From contig JBFLKV010000202.1 of the NCBI GenBank assembly GCA_040883365.1, forward strand, positions 1 through 35,452: a DNA stretch of 35,452 nucleotides. Reading direction: 5' to 3'. A program made the translations under genes and the position numbers. Below, piece after piece: positions 8,942-18,553 of the stretch (positions are counted from its first letter, which is position 1; each line of letters opens with the position of its first letter). The notes under the pieces were generated by a model. That model was not told the origin of the DNA, made no database searches, and saw only the letters and a program-made list of their open reading frames with translations. This DNA is from Eubacteriales bacterium (GTDB lineage: Bacteria; Bacillota; Clostridia; Christensenellales; CALMFG01).

Positions 8942-10057
8942 ATGAAAAAAAACAAATTAAAATCCAGCTACGTGTCATCGCGCCCACAACCGTTGGTGAA
9001 AAGTAGCTACCGCTCCAATAGTTTACACAAATACTCCCCCAAAGCCCGGTTGACCCGCCTTATCATCACACTGGCTATCATTTTTGCGGCGTTTTTCACG
9101 GTGCTGGCTTTGGTGGTTTTCCCAAAAATCAATATTGGCAAACAAGAGGAGAGTGTGGTGGTGGCTTTGCCCACGCCCGACCCGACGCCCAACCCGTACA
9201 GTGCGCTGATAATGCCCGACGATATCGAATATGTTGAAGATATGGCTTCTTGGGTCAAGACCGATGTCTACGACCAGCCTGTCGAACTCAAACGCGCGGC
9301 TTCAGAGAGCAGCGATACCCTGATGACGCTGGTGGACCGTGAGAATGTCATCGTTAAAGGCATATCCGGCGATTGGTCATTGGTGCTGTACAACCGCCAA
9401 TATGGTTTTATCAAAACCAAAGTGATTTATCAGGGGGCCATCCCTGCCGTGCCTGAGGTAATCAACGAGGTGTTGGTGACCGACCTTATTTCGGGCATTA
9501 ATAAAAAGTCTCAGCTTGTCAATGTACAAGAAGTGGTGCCCGGCATCACTGTGGATTTGCAACTGGCGAATGAAGAAAATTATCTTGGCACAAAAATATA
9601 TCCGGTTTCTATCGCTTTGCTTCAAAAGCAAACGGCGGCCAAGCTAAAAGAAGCGCAAGCGCTTTTCAATCAAGACGGTTACACCATCGTGCTTTGGGAC
9701 GCCTATTGCCCCTATTCAACTACATTAGAAATCGAAGAACTTTTCGGCGGTACAAGTGAACTGATTGAACCCGCTTCCAGAGGTTCTAGGAATAATCGTG
9801 GTACCAGCGTGGACATCACCATCGCCAAAAAAGACGGCACACCGGTTGTCATGCCTTCGGACGGTATGACCTTAAATGAAGAATTGGCGGCGCGGGTTTT
9901 CAGCACCATGACCGAAGAAGCCAAAGCCAATGTGAAATACATGTCATCCATCATGCGAAGAGCGGGCTTTATCACCAGCGATGCAGAATGGTGGCACTTT
10001 GATGACGCCGACTGGCAGTACTATCCCGTGATGGACTACGACCTGTTTGATTTTTAA
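8942..10057 (+). CDS. membrane-anchored SH3b + VanX-like (M15 D-Ala-D-Ala dipeptidase family) protein with atypical active-site residues
   Basis: ATG 8942 is preceded by GAGG; the track start at GTG 8846 would read through the promoter. TM LIITLAIIFAAFFTVLALVVF. SH3b-like GDWSLVLYNRQYGFIKTKV. VanX-like VDLQLANEENYLGTKIY, WDAYCP, GSRNNRGTSVDITI and EWWHFD. Confidence 0.75.
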   Translation: MKKNKLKSSYVSSRPQPLVKSSYRSNSLHKYSPKARLTRLIITLAIIFAAFFTVLALVVFPKINIGKQEESVVVALPTPDPTPNPYSALIMPDDIEYVEDMASWVKTDVYDQPVELKRAASESSDTLMTLVDRENVIVKGISGDWSLVLYNRQYGFIKTKVIYQGAIPAVPEVINEVLVTDLISGINKKSQLVNVQEVVPGITVDLQLANEENYLGTKIYPVSIALLQKQTAAKLKEAQALFNQDGYTIVLWDAYCPYSTTLEIEELFGGTSELIEPASRGSRNNRGTSVDITIAKKDGTPVVMPSDGMTLNEELAARVFSTMTEEAKANVKYMSSIMRRAGFITSDAEWWHFDDADWQYYPVMDYDLFDF

Positions 10058-10074
10058 AAAAATAACATAATTTT

Positions 10075-10106
10075 GCACTGACTTTATAAAGGTCAGTGCT
10101 TTTTTT
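10075..10106 (+). terminator. rho-independent terminator
   Basis: GCACTGAC-TTTATAAAG-GTCAGTGC followed by TTTTTTT. Confidence 0.8.
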
Positions 10107-10174
10107 CTGTCCATATCTCTTGGTTTGCGTTATAATGGAGTGAATGAATTTTTAGCAAAGAAGAAGGGATTTAA

Positions 10175-10837
10175 TTGACTCAGCGTTCTTGCGCAACCGA
10201 ATACACCGGGCACTACAACGCCGTCGCGCCGTTCGATAACCGCATCGGCATCATGGGGGGTACCTTTGACCCTGTTCATAACGGACATATCAAGATGGGC
10301 ATGGATGCACACGATGAATTTGGTCTGTCAAAAGTGCTGTATATCCCAACAGGGCGGCCACCGCACAAAGCAAAAAGCGAAGTGACCAACAATGAGCACC
10401 GCATGACCATGCTGGAGCTTGCCGTGGACCAACCCTATATGCAGCCTTCTCGTATTGAAATTGACCGCAGAGGGACGACCTATGCCGTGGACACTTTATC
10501 GCTCCTCAAAAGAATATTTAAAGAGCATGTCTTTTACTATATCATCGGCTCGGATACGCTGTTCAATTTACATTCATGGAAAAATATCAGTCAAGTACTA
10601 ACCATGACACATTTTATTGTTTTTCTTCGCGAAGATGACAACGCGCAAAAGGTCAATGAAATGATCGATTTTTATAACGCATCGGGGATTATGCGGTTTT
10701 TCCTGGCTAGAGAGCCGGGCTTGCCGATTTCTTCCACCGATATCCGGCTTCGGCTATTAAACGGGTCGGACCTTTCGGGACTTTTGCCTGAAAAAGTGAG
10801 TGAATACATTAAGGAGAATAACTTATACATCAAATGA
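10175..10837 (+). CDS. nadD: nicotinate-nucleotide adenylyltransferase
   Basis: IGIMGGTFDPVHNGH ((H/T)xGH nucleotidyltransferase motif) and ISSTDIR near the C-terminus. TTG 10175 follows AAGGGA by 5 nt. The start is uncertain because the N-terminus is longer than usual. Confidence 0.88.
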   Translation: MTQRSCATEYTGHYNAVAPFDNRIGIMGGTFDPVHNGHIKMGMDAHDEFGLSKVLYIPTGRPPHKAKSEVTNNEHRMTMLELAVDQPYMQPSRIEIDRRGTTYAVDTLSLLKRIFKEHVFYYIIGSDTLFNLHSWKNISQVLTMTHFIVFLREDDNAQKVNEMIDFYNASGIMRFFLAREPGLPISSTDIRLRLLNGSDLSGLLPEKVSEYIKENNLYIK

Positions 10838-11415
10838 TAGATAGAGACAAGCAACTGAAACTGCTTAAAAAATACATCAGCGGCGATCGATTGAAGCATA
10901 GTCTCAGCGTCGAAAAAACGGCCGTGAAGCTGGCCAAAAAATTTGGTGCCGATGAAAAAAAAGCCGCGACAGCAGGGCTTTTGCACGACATCGCCAAGGA
11001 CCTCTCAAAGAGTGACAGAAATGCCTTGATTAAAAAATATAATCTGGAACTTTCGCCATTGGAAGAAACCTCCCCGGAACTTTTGCATGGCAAATTTGGC
11101 GCATTGATTTTGGCCGAAAACGGCATCACCAGCAAGAAGGTGCTTTCGGCTGTAGAGAACCACACGATGGGCGCAGACAACATGAGCAAGCTGGATAAGA
11201 TTGTGTACTTGGCAGATTTGCTCGAACCCAAGCGCAGCTTTAACGGGGTTAAAAAGCTACGGTTTTATGCCGCACGGGATCTGGATATCGCTCTATTCGA
11301 ATCGATGAAAGCTTCGATGCTTCGTGTTTTAAAAAGCGATAAGGCCATTCACCCAAAAACCTTGGACGCATACAATCATCTACTGATTAACCATATCAAT
11401 AAAAAACTATTTTAA
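10834..11415 (+). CDS. yqeK: HD-domain bis(5'-nucleosyl)-tetraphosphatase YqeK
   Basis: RLKHSLSVEKTAVKLAKKFG...AGLLHDIAK. A 4-nt ATGA overlap with nadD gives the conserved nadD-yqeK pairing. Confidence 0.88.
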   Translation: MIDRDKQLKLLKKYISGDRLKHSLSVEKTAVKLAKKFGADEKKAATAGLLHDIAKDLSKSDRNALIKKYNLELSPLEETSPELLHGKFGALILAENGITSKKVLSAVENHTMGADNMSKLDKIVYLADLLEPKRSFNGVKKLRFYAARDLDIALFESMKASMLRVLKSDKAIHPKTLDAYNHLLINHINKKLF

Positions 11416-11447
11416 ACATGGATAAACCGATTCTGGAAGGAGACTGG

Positions 11448-11795
11448 ATGGAACAAAACACAAAAACAACTGCACTAGCAATTGCGGAGATTTTACAGAA
11501 AAAAGGGGCAACTGATATTCAACTGATTGATGTGACCAATCAGACCATCATCACTGACTATTTTCTGATTGCTACAGGTAAAAACGTGCCCAACGTAAAG
11601 GCACTAACCGAAGAAGTGAAGAACAAAATGGAGAAAAACGGCAGGCTACCCCGCCGCACCGAAGGTGTGCGTGAAGCCCGCTGGGTGGTCATGGATTATC
11701 AGGATGTTCTTTTACACATCTTCCACAAGGATGAACGCGCCTTTTATGGCCTTGAAAAGCTCTGGGCAGATGGGGATAATGTAGAGCATCTTTAG
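11448..11795 (+). CDS. rsfS: ribosome silencing factor RsfS
   Basis: TDYFLIATGKNVPNVKAL...WVVMDYQDVLLHIFHKDERAFYGLEKLW. ATG 11448 has AAGGAG 5 nt upstream and is preferred over the track start at 11418. Confidence 0.9.
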   Translation: MEQNTKTTALAIAEILQKKGATDIQLIDVTNQTIITDYFLIATGKNVPNVKALTEEVKNKMEKNGRLPRRTEGVREARWVVMDYQDVLLHIFHKDERAFYGLEKLWADGDNVEHL

Positions 11796-11810
11796 ACCCT
11801 GTAATAACTA

Positions 11811-11850
11811 AAAAAATAACCCTTAAGGCATTTTCACCTTAAGGGTTTTA
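11811..11850. terminator. bidirectional rho-independent terminator between convergent genes
   Basis: AAAAAAT-AACCCTTAAGG-CATTTTCA-CCTTAAGGGTT-TTAGTTT. The stem is a perfect 10-11 bp with A/T runs on both sides. Confidence 0.85.
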
Positions 11851-11862
11851 GTTTGTAAAGAA

Positions 11863-12399
11863 TTAGCGTCTACGTCCGCGTCTTTCGCCGTCAGCGCTGT
11901 TCTCATAGCCGTCATAATCTTCGGGCATTTCGGCCGCTGTTGTTGCCGCCAAGACTGCATTGCGGTGTGCAATCAGTTCTTGTAGTGTTTCTGCATCGGT
12001 GGTGGTCGCAATGTGTTCATCCAGATGGGCAAGTTCAATCGCCTTTAAAGCTTGGAAGTTGCCTTCCTGCTCTGCCAATTCCCAGATATCCAGATCGCTA
12101 TCCCGCATGGTGTCATGCACATCGTCCACGTCCTGCCCAGTCATCTCGGCATACTCGCCGATGATGCCACGGTCTCCATTGCGATTACCGTTTCCGGCTT
12201 CTACCGCATATGCTTCCTCTGTGCAATCTTCGTCGCACAATTCTCTGGCAGTGTCTCCTACGCGGGTACTCTGTCCTCCGCGACTGCTACCGCTTCCTGT
12301 TCCTCTACTCGAACCGTTTCCAGCATATACGGACACAGCCGCGATAAGGACGGTCATGACAATGACCAGTATCAACATGGTCTTTACTACTCTTCGCAT
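11863..12399 (-). CDS. hypothetical membrane-anchored/secreted protein
   Basis: AAAGGAG SD upstream. N-terminal TM MLILVIVMTVLIAAVSVYA, then a Gly/Ser/Arg-rich segment, an acidic helical region and a C-terminal RRGRRR. I recognise no family. Confidence 0.55.
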   Translation of the reverse strand: MRRVVKTMLILVIVMTVLIAAVSVYAGNGSSRGTGSGSSRGGQSTRVGDTARELCDEDCTEEAYAVEAGNGNRNGDRGIIGEYAEMTGQDVDDVHDTMRDSDLDIWELAEQEGNFQALKAIELAHLDEHIATTTDAETLQELIAHRNAVLAATTAAEMPEDYDGYENSADGERRGRRR

Positions 12400-12525
12400 T
12401 GTTCTCTCACTCCTTTTTGTTTACTGCTTACGATGACTATTATGGCCATACGTGCTTACAGTCGCCAAACAAACAGATGAACAAATTGTAAAGAAGCGTC
12501 TGTGCATTGCGCTATCTAATTTATA

Positions 12526-13713
12526 TCAGGTTCTATATTCCCCATTAATTTTGACATAATCATAAGTCAAGTCACAGGTCCACATGGTGTCCTCTGCTTC
12601 TCCGTCCTTAAAATCCAATCGGTATGTGACTTCATCTCTGCTTAGCACTTTCAGCGCGGCTGCTTCGTCAAAGGCCAGCCCGCCTCCGTCTCGACAGACC
12701 ATCACATCGCCGATATAGATATCCACTTTTTCCGGGTCGAATAGACCACCTGAGTATCCAGCCGCCGTCAACAGCCTTCCCCAGTTGGCATCCCGCCCAA
12801 ACGCCGCTGTTTTGCATAATGGCGATTTTGCAATAGCCTCGGTTATTTTTTGTGCATCCGATTGGCTACGTACATTCTCGGCTTTAATGGTTAAGAGTTT
12901 GGTTGCCCCTTCGCCGTCAGCCGCCAGCATCTTGGCCAATTTTTGACTGACCTCAATCAGCCCCTGCAAAAAAATCTCATAATCCGGCGTATCTACCAGA
13001 ATATTTTTGCCAACTTTTCCCGAAGCCAAAAGCAACACTTTGTCGCAAACACTGGTGTCGCCATCCACGCTGATACGGTTAAAGCTTTGGCTCACCGCTT
13101 GGTTCAATGCTCTCTGCAATGCTTTTGCATCCATTTTTGCGTCGGTGGTCACAACACCAATCATGGTCGCCATATTGGGGTGAATCATGCCCGACCCCTT
13201 GGCCATGCCGCCAATACGAATCGTCTCGCCGTCAATCACCACTTTCGTTTCAGCGGTTTTAGCCATGGTGTCCGTAGTCATAATCGCCTCGGCCGCGTCC
13301 GTTCCCTCCGTAGAGAGCGCCGCATAAGCCGCGTTAATTCCTGCTTCAATTTTTACCATATCCAGCGGTACACCGATTACTCCGGTCGAACCTGTCAGGA
13401 TTTCTTTTCTTTGTGCTCCGCAAACGTCCGCTGTTATTTTTGCCATCTGCAGCGCATCCGCCCGTCCGCGTTCGGCCAAGCATGCATTGGCATTCCCAGA
13501 ATTCAGCACCACCGCTCTCGCCTGACCGTGTTTAATATTCTCCATTGAAAGTGCCAGCGAATGACCCTTGACGATGTTTTGGGTAAACACACCGGCCGCT
13601 GTCGCTGGCTCTTCCGCTACAATCAAAGCCAAATCTTTGTCGCCGTTTTTCTTAATGCCACAGGCCACACCCGCGGCTTTGAATCCCTTTGCAAAAGTCA
13701 CACCATTACTCAT
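12526..13713 (-). CDS. argJ: bifunctional glutamate N-acetyltransferase / amino-acid acetyltransferase ArgJ
   Basis: GFKAAGVACGIKK..KDLALI, the autoprocessing site HPNMATMIGVVTTDA, and C-terminal DLTYDYVKINGEYRT. Confidence 0.93.
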   Translation of the reverse strand: MSNGVTFAKGFKAAGVACGIKKNGDKDLALIVAEEPATAAGVFTQNIVKGHSLALSMENIKHGQARAVVLNSGNANACLAERGRADALQMAKITADVCGAQRKEILTGSTGVIGVPLDMVKIEAGINAAYAALSTEGTDAAEAIMTTDTMAKTAETKVVIDGETIRIGGMAKGSGMIHPNMATMIGVVTTDAKMDAKALQRALNQAVSQSFNRISVDGDTSVCDKVLLLASGKVGKNILVDTPDYEIFLQGLIEVSQKLAKMLAADGEGATKLLTIKAENVRSQSDAQKITEAIAKSPLCKTAAFGRDANWGRLLTAAGYSGGLFDPEKVDIYIGDVMVCRDGGGLAFDEAAALKVLSRDEVTYRLDFKDGEAEDTMWTCDLTYDYVKINGEYRT

Positions 13714-14557
13714 TTTCTTGTCCCTCAGTCGCTTTTTTATAAAATAATTTCAAACAATAGTCCAGATATTCATCGCGCCGTGTTTCACTGCCAATCGCAA
13801 TTTCCGGCTTGACTCGCCCGTGATAATCGCTGCCGCAAGTCACTAGCATCGCTTTTTTCTGCGCCAGTTTGTTCAGTGTTTTGGCTACCTTATCGCTGTG
13901 GTCGGGGTGGTAGACTTCCAAGCCGTTCAGCCCATAACTCAGCATCTCATCCAGCAAATCATCAAACGCATCGTCCATATGATACACCGGATGCGCCCAC
14001 ACCGAAAGCCCACCGCATTCGGCGATTAGCTCGATGCAATCCTTGATATTGATTTTTTCTTTTTCAATATAAGTATCGGCATCACGTCCCAGATACTGAC
14101 CAAAAGCCTGCTCAATGGTTTGCACATATCCGGCATTTTTCAGTGCATCGGCGAGATGCGCTCGGCTAAGTGCACCGCCACCCGCCAGAGCTTTTAAATT
14201 CGTCATATCCAGATCAATACCGACTTCTTTTAATCGCTTGACATAATCGACAATGCGTTTTTCTCGTGCATTTTTTGTCTTTTTAGTATACGCCGTAAGT
14301 TTTGGGTTTGTGATGTCCACAAAATATCCCAGTACATGCAACTCGGTTTTGTGCGCCGTACTAAACTCAATCCCCGACACGACAGCGATGTTTTCCGCTT
14401 TTCCCAGTGCTTTTGCCGCACTGACGTTTTCGGTCACATCATGATCCGTCACGGCGATCATATCAAGGCCCCTATCCCTTGCCTGCACAATCACGCTTTC
14501 GGGCGTTTCCGAACCATCCGACGCCTTGGTATGAATATGTAAATCCGCTTTAATCAA
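13706..14557 (-). CDS. PHP-domain phosphoesterase (TrpH/YciV-like)
   Basis: IKADLHIHTKASDGS...IAVTDHD...WAHP...GSDYHG metal-ligand pattern. TTG 14557 has AAAGGTG 6 nt upstream; the track start at 14629 would overlap the aminotransferase by 59 nt. Its stop overlaps the argJ start by 8 nt. Confidence 0.8.
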   Translation of the reverse strand: MIKADLHIHTKASDGSETPESVIVQARDRGLDMIAVTDHDVTENVSAAKALGKAENIAVVSGIEFSTAHKTELHVLGYFVDITNPKLTAYTKKTKNAREKRIVDYVKRLKEVGIDLDMTNLKALAGGGALSRAHLADALKNAGYVQTIEQAFGQYLGRDADTYIEKEKINIKDCIELIAECGGLSVWAHPVYHMDDAFDDLLDEMLSYGLNGLEVYHPDHSDKVAKTLNKLAQKKAMLVTCGSDYHGRVKPEIAIGSETRRDEYLDYCLKLFYKKATEGQENE

Positions 14558-14570
14558 TGCATACACCTTT

Positions 14571-15737
14571 CTATTTAAGCATTCCGCTTTTCTCAATGCG
14601 CTCAGCCGCCCGCCAAATATCCGCCTCATCTGCTACCAGCGCAATACGCACATGCCCTTCGCCCGACGGCCCAAAGCTGATGCCCGGCACCACCAAAACA
14701 CCGGCTTTTTCAACCAGCTCCATGGCAAAAGCGAAGGAATCCTGATAGCCTTTTGGGCACTTGGCCCAAACAAACATACTGCCTTGCGTTTTGCGTATCG
14801 GCCAACCGATTTTACCAAACGCTTCAATGATGCAGTCTCGCCGCGCCTGATAGGCATCACACGTGGCTTTGACGCACGTTTGATCCTGTGTCAGCGCAGT
14901 GATTGCACCCTTTTGCACCGGCAAAAACAATCCAAAGTTTGTATTGCTCTTAAAAGTATCAAATGCCGCAATGTATTCGGCATTCCCAACACAAAAGCCC
15001 ACTCGTGCCCCCGCCAAGCCATAGGTTTTAGAAAGCGAGTTAAATTCCACACCCACATCTTTTGCCCCGTCAAACCCCAAAAAACTACCGCATGTTTCGC
15101 CGTCAAAGACCAGCTCTGAATAAGCGTTATCGTGAAAAACAAATATATCATATTTTTTCGCAAACGCGATTAAGCCGCGATAGAAATCCGGCCCAGCCAC
15201 CGCCGCCGTGGGGTTATTTGGGTAAGAAACCACCATGACTTTGGCACGCTTTGCTATATTTTCGGGTACTTCGGATAAGTCCATGATATAGCCGTTTTCT
15301 TCACGTTGCGGTAAATAGTAGACCTCAGCTCCGGCAATCGCCGCACCAGCCGTAAAGGCAGGATAAGCCGGATCGGGCAGAATGACCAGATCACCTGGAT
15401 TGATGATAGGCATAAACGCCGATGTTAAAGCTTCCTGCGTACCAAACGCCGCCAAAATTTCGGTCTCGGGCTTTAAAACAACGCTATAACGCTTTTTATA
15501 CCAGTCCGCTACTGTCTGTCTGAGCTCATCTAAATCTTGAATGGAATAGATATAGTTTTCCGGTTTTTGCGCTGCTTCGGAAATGGCCGCCATCACCGCT
15601 TCTGTGGGCGGAATATTGGGCGTGCCGACCGAAAGGTCAATGACTTCCCTGCCCGCTCTGATTTGCTCGTTTTTCTTGTCCAAAAGCACGGAAAAAACGC
15701 CTTTTCCCAGCCGCTTCATGCGATGTGCCATTTCCAT
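14571..15737 (-). CDS. class I/II PLP-dependent aminotransferase (substrate not assignable)
   Basis: DLSVGTPNIPP, YPNNPT, and SLSKTYGLAGARVGF (PLP lysine motif). Confidence 0.85.
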   Translation of the reverse strand: MEMAHRMKRLGKGVFSVLLDKKNEQIRAGREVIDLSVGTPNIPPTEAVMAAISEAAQKPENYIYSIQDLDELRQTVADWYKKRYSVVLKPETEILAAFGTQEALTSAFMPIINPGDLVILPDPAYPAFTAGAAIAGAEVYYLPQREENGYIMDLSEVPENIAKRAKVMVVSYPNNPTAAVAGPDFYRGLIAFAKKYDIFVFHDNAYSELVFDGETCGSFLGFDGAKDVGVEFNSLSKTYGLAGARVGFCVGNAEYIAAFDTFKSNTNFGLFLPVQKGAITALTQDQTCVKATCDAYQARRDCIIEAFGKIGWPIRKTQGSMFVWAKCPKGYQDSFAFAMELVEKAGVLVVPGISFGPSGEGHVRIALVADEADIWRAAERIEKSGMLK

Positions 15738-15816
15738 AGTCTTGTATCCTTTATAATTATGTTTATTTATGCTTTTTTAAGTCTACTGTAAGCGGCTTAA
15801 CCCGTCAAGATGCCAC

Positions 15817-15846
15817 AAAAAAAAGAAGCCTCGTTTTGAGACTTCT
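15817..15846 (-). terminator. rho-independent terminator after ftsH
   Basis: Minus strand reads AGAAGTCTC-AAAAC-GAGGCTTCT followed by TTTTTTTT. Confidence 0.75.
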
Positions 15847-15867
15847 GTATATCAATTCAATAAAAGA

Positions 15868-17847
15868 TTAGTTTGTATCTGACGCGGGAATCGGGTTGCC
15901 CTGAATCAGCGTTTCTTCCTTAGTCTTAGCTGTATCGGTCGATTTCGCCTTGGGCTCCTCTTTTTTGGGCTCCGGCTTCTTTTCAATCGGTGGCAATGTT
16001 TCACCATCCATCAGCTTCTGGAACTCTTCTTTATTCAGCTTTTCACGTTCAACCAAAGCACGTGTCACTCGTTCAACTAATGCTTTATTTTTGGTCAAAA
16101 TATCTTTTGCGCGTTTTCTCGCATCGTCTAATATCTTAGCAATCTCGGCATCCACCTTGGCTGCAATGTCTTCGGAATAGTTCTTGGTGTGTCCATATTC
16201 CTTGCCGAGGAACACTTCCTCTTCACTGCCAAGGAACAGCATACCAATGTTATCCGACATACCAAAGTTGATGACCATTTTTCTTGCAATTTCGGTTGCA
16301 CGCTGTAGATCGGAAGATGCCCCGGTGGAAACATCGCCCACCATCACTTCTTCGGCCACTCTACCGCCAAGCATCATCGCAATCTCATCCAACAACTTGG
16401 ATTTAGTCATGTGCATCAAATCTTCGCTTGGTAACGTCATGGTATAACCCGCTGCCATACCCCGTGAGATAATACTGATTTCCTGTACATCATCACAATT
16501 TGGCAAAAGGTTGGCGCAGATTGCATGACCCACCTCGTGGTATGCGGTAATTTCCTGATCGCGCGCGGTCACTAAACGGCTCCGTTTTTCGGGGCCTATC
16601 ATTACCTTCATGATGGCGTCTTGGATTTCTGCATTGCCAATGCTTTTCTTATTCCCACGTGCCGCCAAAATAGCCGCCTCGTTTAGAATGTTCTCGATAT
16701 CCGCACCGGTTGTACCAGGTGTGGATCTGGCAAATGCTTTAAAGTCCACATTGTCATCAAACGGTTTATTTCTGGCATGTACTTTAAAAATATTCTCTCT
16801 GCCTTTGACATCGGGTCGGTTAACCACCACCTGTCGGTCAAATCGACCGGGACGAAGCAATGCAGGGTCCAAAATATCCCGACGGTTGGTCGCCGCCAGA
16901 ACAATAATCCCCTCGTTCACTTCAAAACCGTCCATCTCGGTCAACAACTGATTGAGCGTCTGTTCGCGCTCATCGTGTCCACCGCCAAGGCCTGCGCCTC
17001 TATGACGGCCAACGGCATCAATTTCATCGATAAACAAAATACAAGGTGCGTTTTTCTTAGCGTTTCGGAACATATCCCGAACACGCGAAGCGCCAACACC
17101 GACAAACATCTCAACAAAGTCAGAGCCCGAAATAGAGAAGAACGGTACATCCGCTTCACCAGCCACAGCTTTGGCGAGTAATGTTTTACCTGTTCCCGGA
17201 GGGCCCACGAGCAAAACGCCCTTGGGTATCCGTGCACCGATCTTAGTAAAGCGATCTGGATGCTTTAGAAAATCAACCAGCTCTTCCAGCTCCTGCTTTT
17301 CTTCATCAGCTCCGGCCACATCATCAAACGTCTTCTTGTTTTTACCGTCCACGTTCATTTTGGCTTGGCTTTTACCAAAGGACATCGCGTTTTTATTGTT
17401 GCTCTGAGATTGGCGCATAAAGTATACAAACACCAATACCAAAATGCCTGTAATAATCAGTGTCGGCAAAATCTGCATAAACAGTGATTGTGGCGGTTCT
17501 GGATTGTAAGACACCTGAACAATATCGCTGACTTGAACGCCGCGTTCATTTGCTATCTCGGTCAGCCGATTATCTAGCGCTTCCTGAGACGGAGCGATAG
17601 ATGAAGCATCATAACTCTGCGGGAATTTTTCAATTGCAATCGTGGTATCCACGTTTAATGCATACAGATTATTGCCCTCAGCATAAATCTGACCAATTTC
17701 ACCGTCCTCAACCCGCTGCATCAGTTCGGTGTAGCTTAATTCTTCGGTATCCGTCGATTCTTGCGGATTCATAAACGAATATATCAAAAACATCGCCAGT
17801 GCAAATGTCACGAGATAGACGATGAGTCCTCTTCCTGATTTTTTCAA
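15868..17847 (-). CDS. ftsH: ATP-dependent zinc metalloprotease FtsH
   Basis: Two TM helices; AAA+ Walker [19 protein letters not shown]; Walker [10 protein letters not shown]; SRH; zinc site HEVGHAI. TTG 17847 lies 7 nt after AGGAGG (giving MKKSGRG...) and is preferred over the track start at 17898. Confidence 0.95.
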   Translation of the reverse strand: MKKSGRGLIVYLVTFALAMFLIYSFMNPQESTDTEELSYTELMQRVEDGEIGQIYAEGNNLYALNVDTTIAIEKFPQSYDASSIAPSQEALDNRLTEIANERGVQVSDIVQVSYNPEPPQSLFMQILPTLIITGILVLVFVYFMRQSQSNNKNAMSFGKSQAKMNVDGKNKKTFDDVAGADEEKQELEELVDFLKHPDRFTKIGARIPKGVLLVGPPGTGKTLLAKAVAGEADVPFFSISGSDFVEMFVGVGASRVRDMFRNAKKNAPCILFIDEIDAVGRHRGAGLGGGHDEREQTLNQLLTEMDGFEVNEGIIVLAATNRRDILDPALLRPGRFDRQVVVNRPDVKGRENIFKVHARNKPFDDNVDFKAFARSTPGTTGADIENILNEAAILAARGNKKSIGNAEIQDAIMKVMIGPEKRSRLVTARDQEITAYHEVGHAICANLLPNCDDVQEISIISRGMAAGYTMTLPSEDLMHMTKSKLLDEIAMMLGGRVAEEVMVGDVSTGASSDLQRATEIARKMVINFGMSDNIGMLFLGSEEEVFLGKEYGHTKNYSEDIAAKVDAEIAKILDDARKRAKDILTKNKALVERVTRALVEREKLNKEEFQKLMDGETLPPIEKKPEPKKEEPKAKSTDTAKTKEETLIQGNPIPASDTN

Positions 17848-17979
17848 ATATAGTTCCTCCTGCATGTTACTTTTTAAGTAATTAACACATGTTAACACAT
17901 CACCCTTTGTTTTTCAATGCAAGGGGTCGCTCACACAACAAACTTAAAAATAATTTTACGGAATATTCATGTTCTTCGT

Positions 17980-18537
17980 TTAAGCGTATATCTCGGGTTT
18001 TAAAACGCCGATATATTTAATGTTGCGATATTTGCCTGCAAAATCCAGACCATACCCCACCACGAACTCATTTGGCACTGTAAAGCCCACATACTCTCCC
18101 TTGACTTCGACTTCTCTTCGTGACGGTTTATCCAAAAGCGAAACCACACTGACAGACGCTGGGTGGCGGGCTTCGAGAATCTCTTTGAGATGCGTGATGG
18201 TGTGCCCTGAATCGATAATATCCTCTACAACGATGACATGGCGGTCTTTGATGCTCTCCTGCATATCATATTGGATGCGTACATCCCCACTGGACTCGGT
18301 ACCGCTGCCATAGCTTGAGATTGCCAAAAAGTTCAGCTCCACATGAATATCCATTTCTCGTACTAAATCCGAAAAGAATAAAATGGCGCCTCTTAAAACC
18401 GCAATCATAATCGGATTTTTGCCTCGGTAATCATCGGATAGTTTTTTTGCCAGCTCCCTTACTCTCGCTTGAATCTCTTCTTCTGTCAGCAAAATCGTGG
18501 CCATATCTTCACTTGCAAACGCATTACTCATCTTCAT
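17980..18537 (-). CDS. hpt: hypoxanthine phosphoribosyltransferase
   Basis: PRPP-binding loop VIVVEDIIDSGHT. It sits in the conserved tilS-hpt-ftsH order. Confidence 0.93.
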   Translation of the reverse strand: MKMSNAFASEDMATILLTEEEIQARVRELAKKLSDDYRGKNPIMIAVLRGAILFFSDLVREMDIHVELNFLAISSYGSGTESSGDVRIQYDMQESIKDRHVIVVEDIIDSGHTITHLKEILEARHPASVSVVSLLDKPSRREVEVKGEYVGFTVPNEFVVGYGLDFAGKYRNIKYIGVLKPEIYA

Positions 18538-18553
18538 ACCTCTCCTAAATGTT

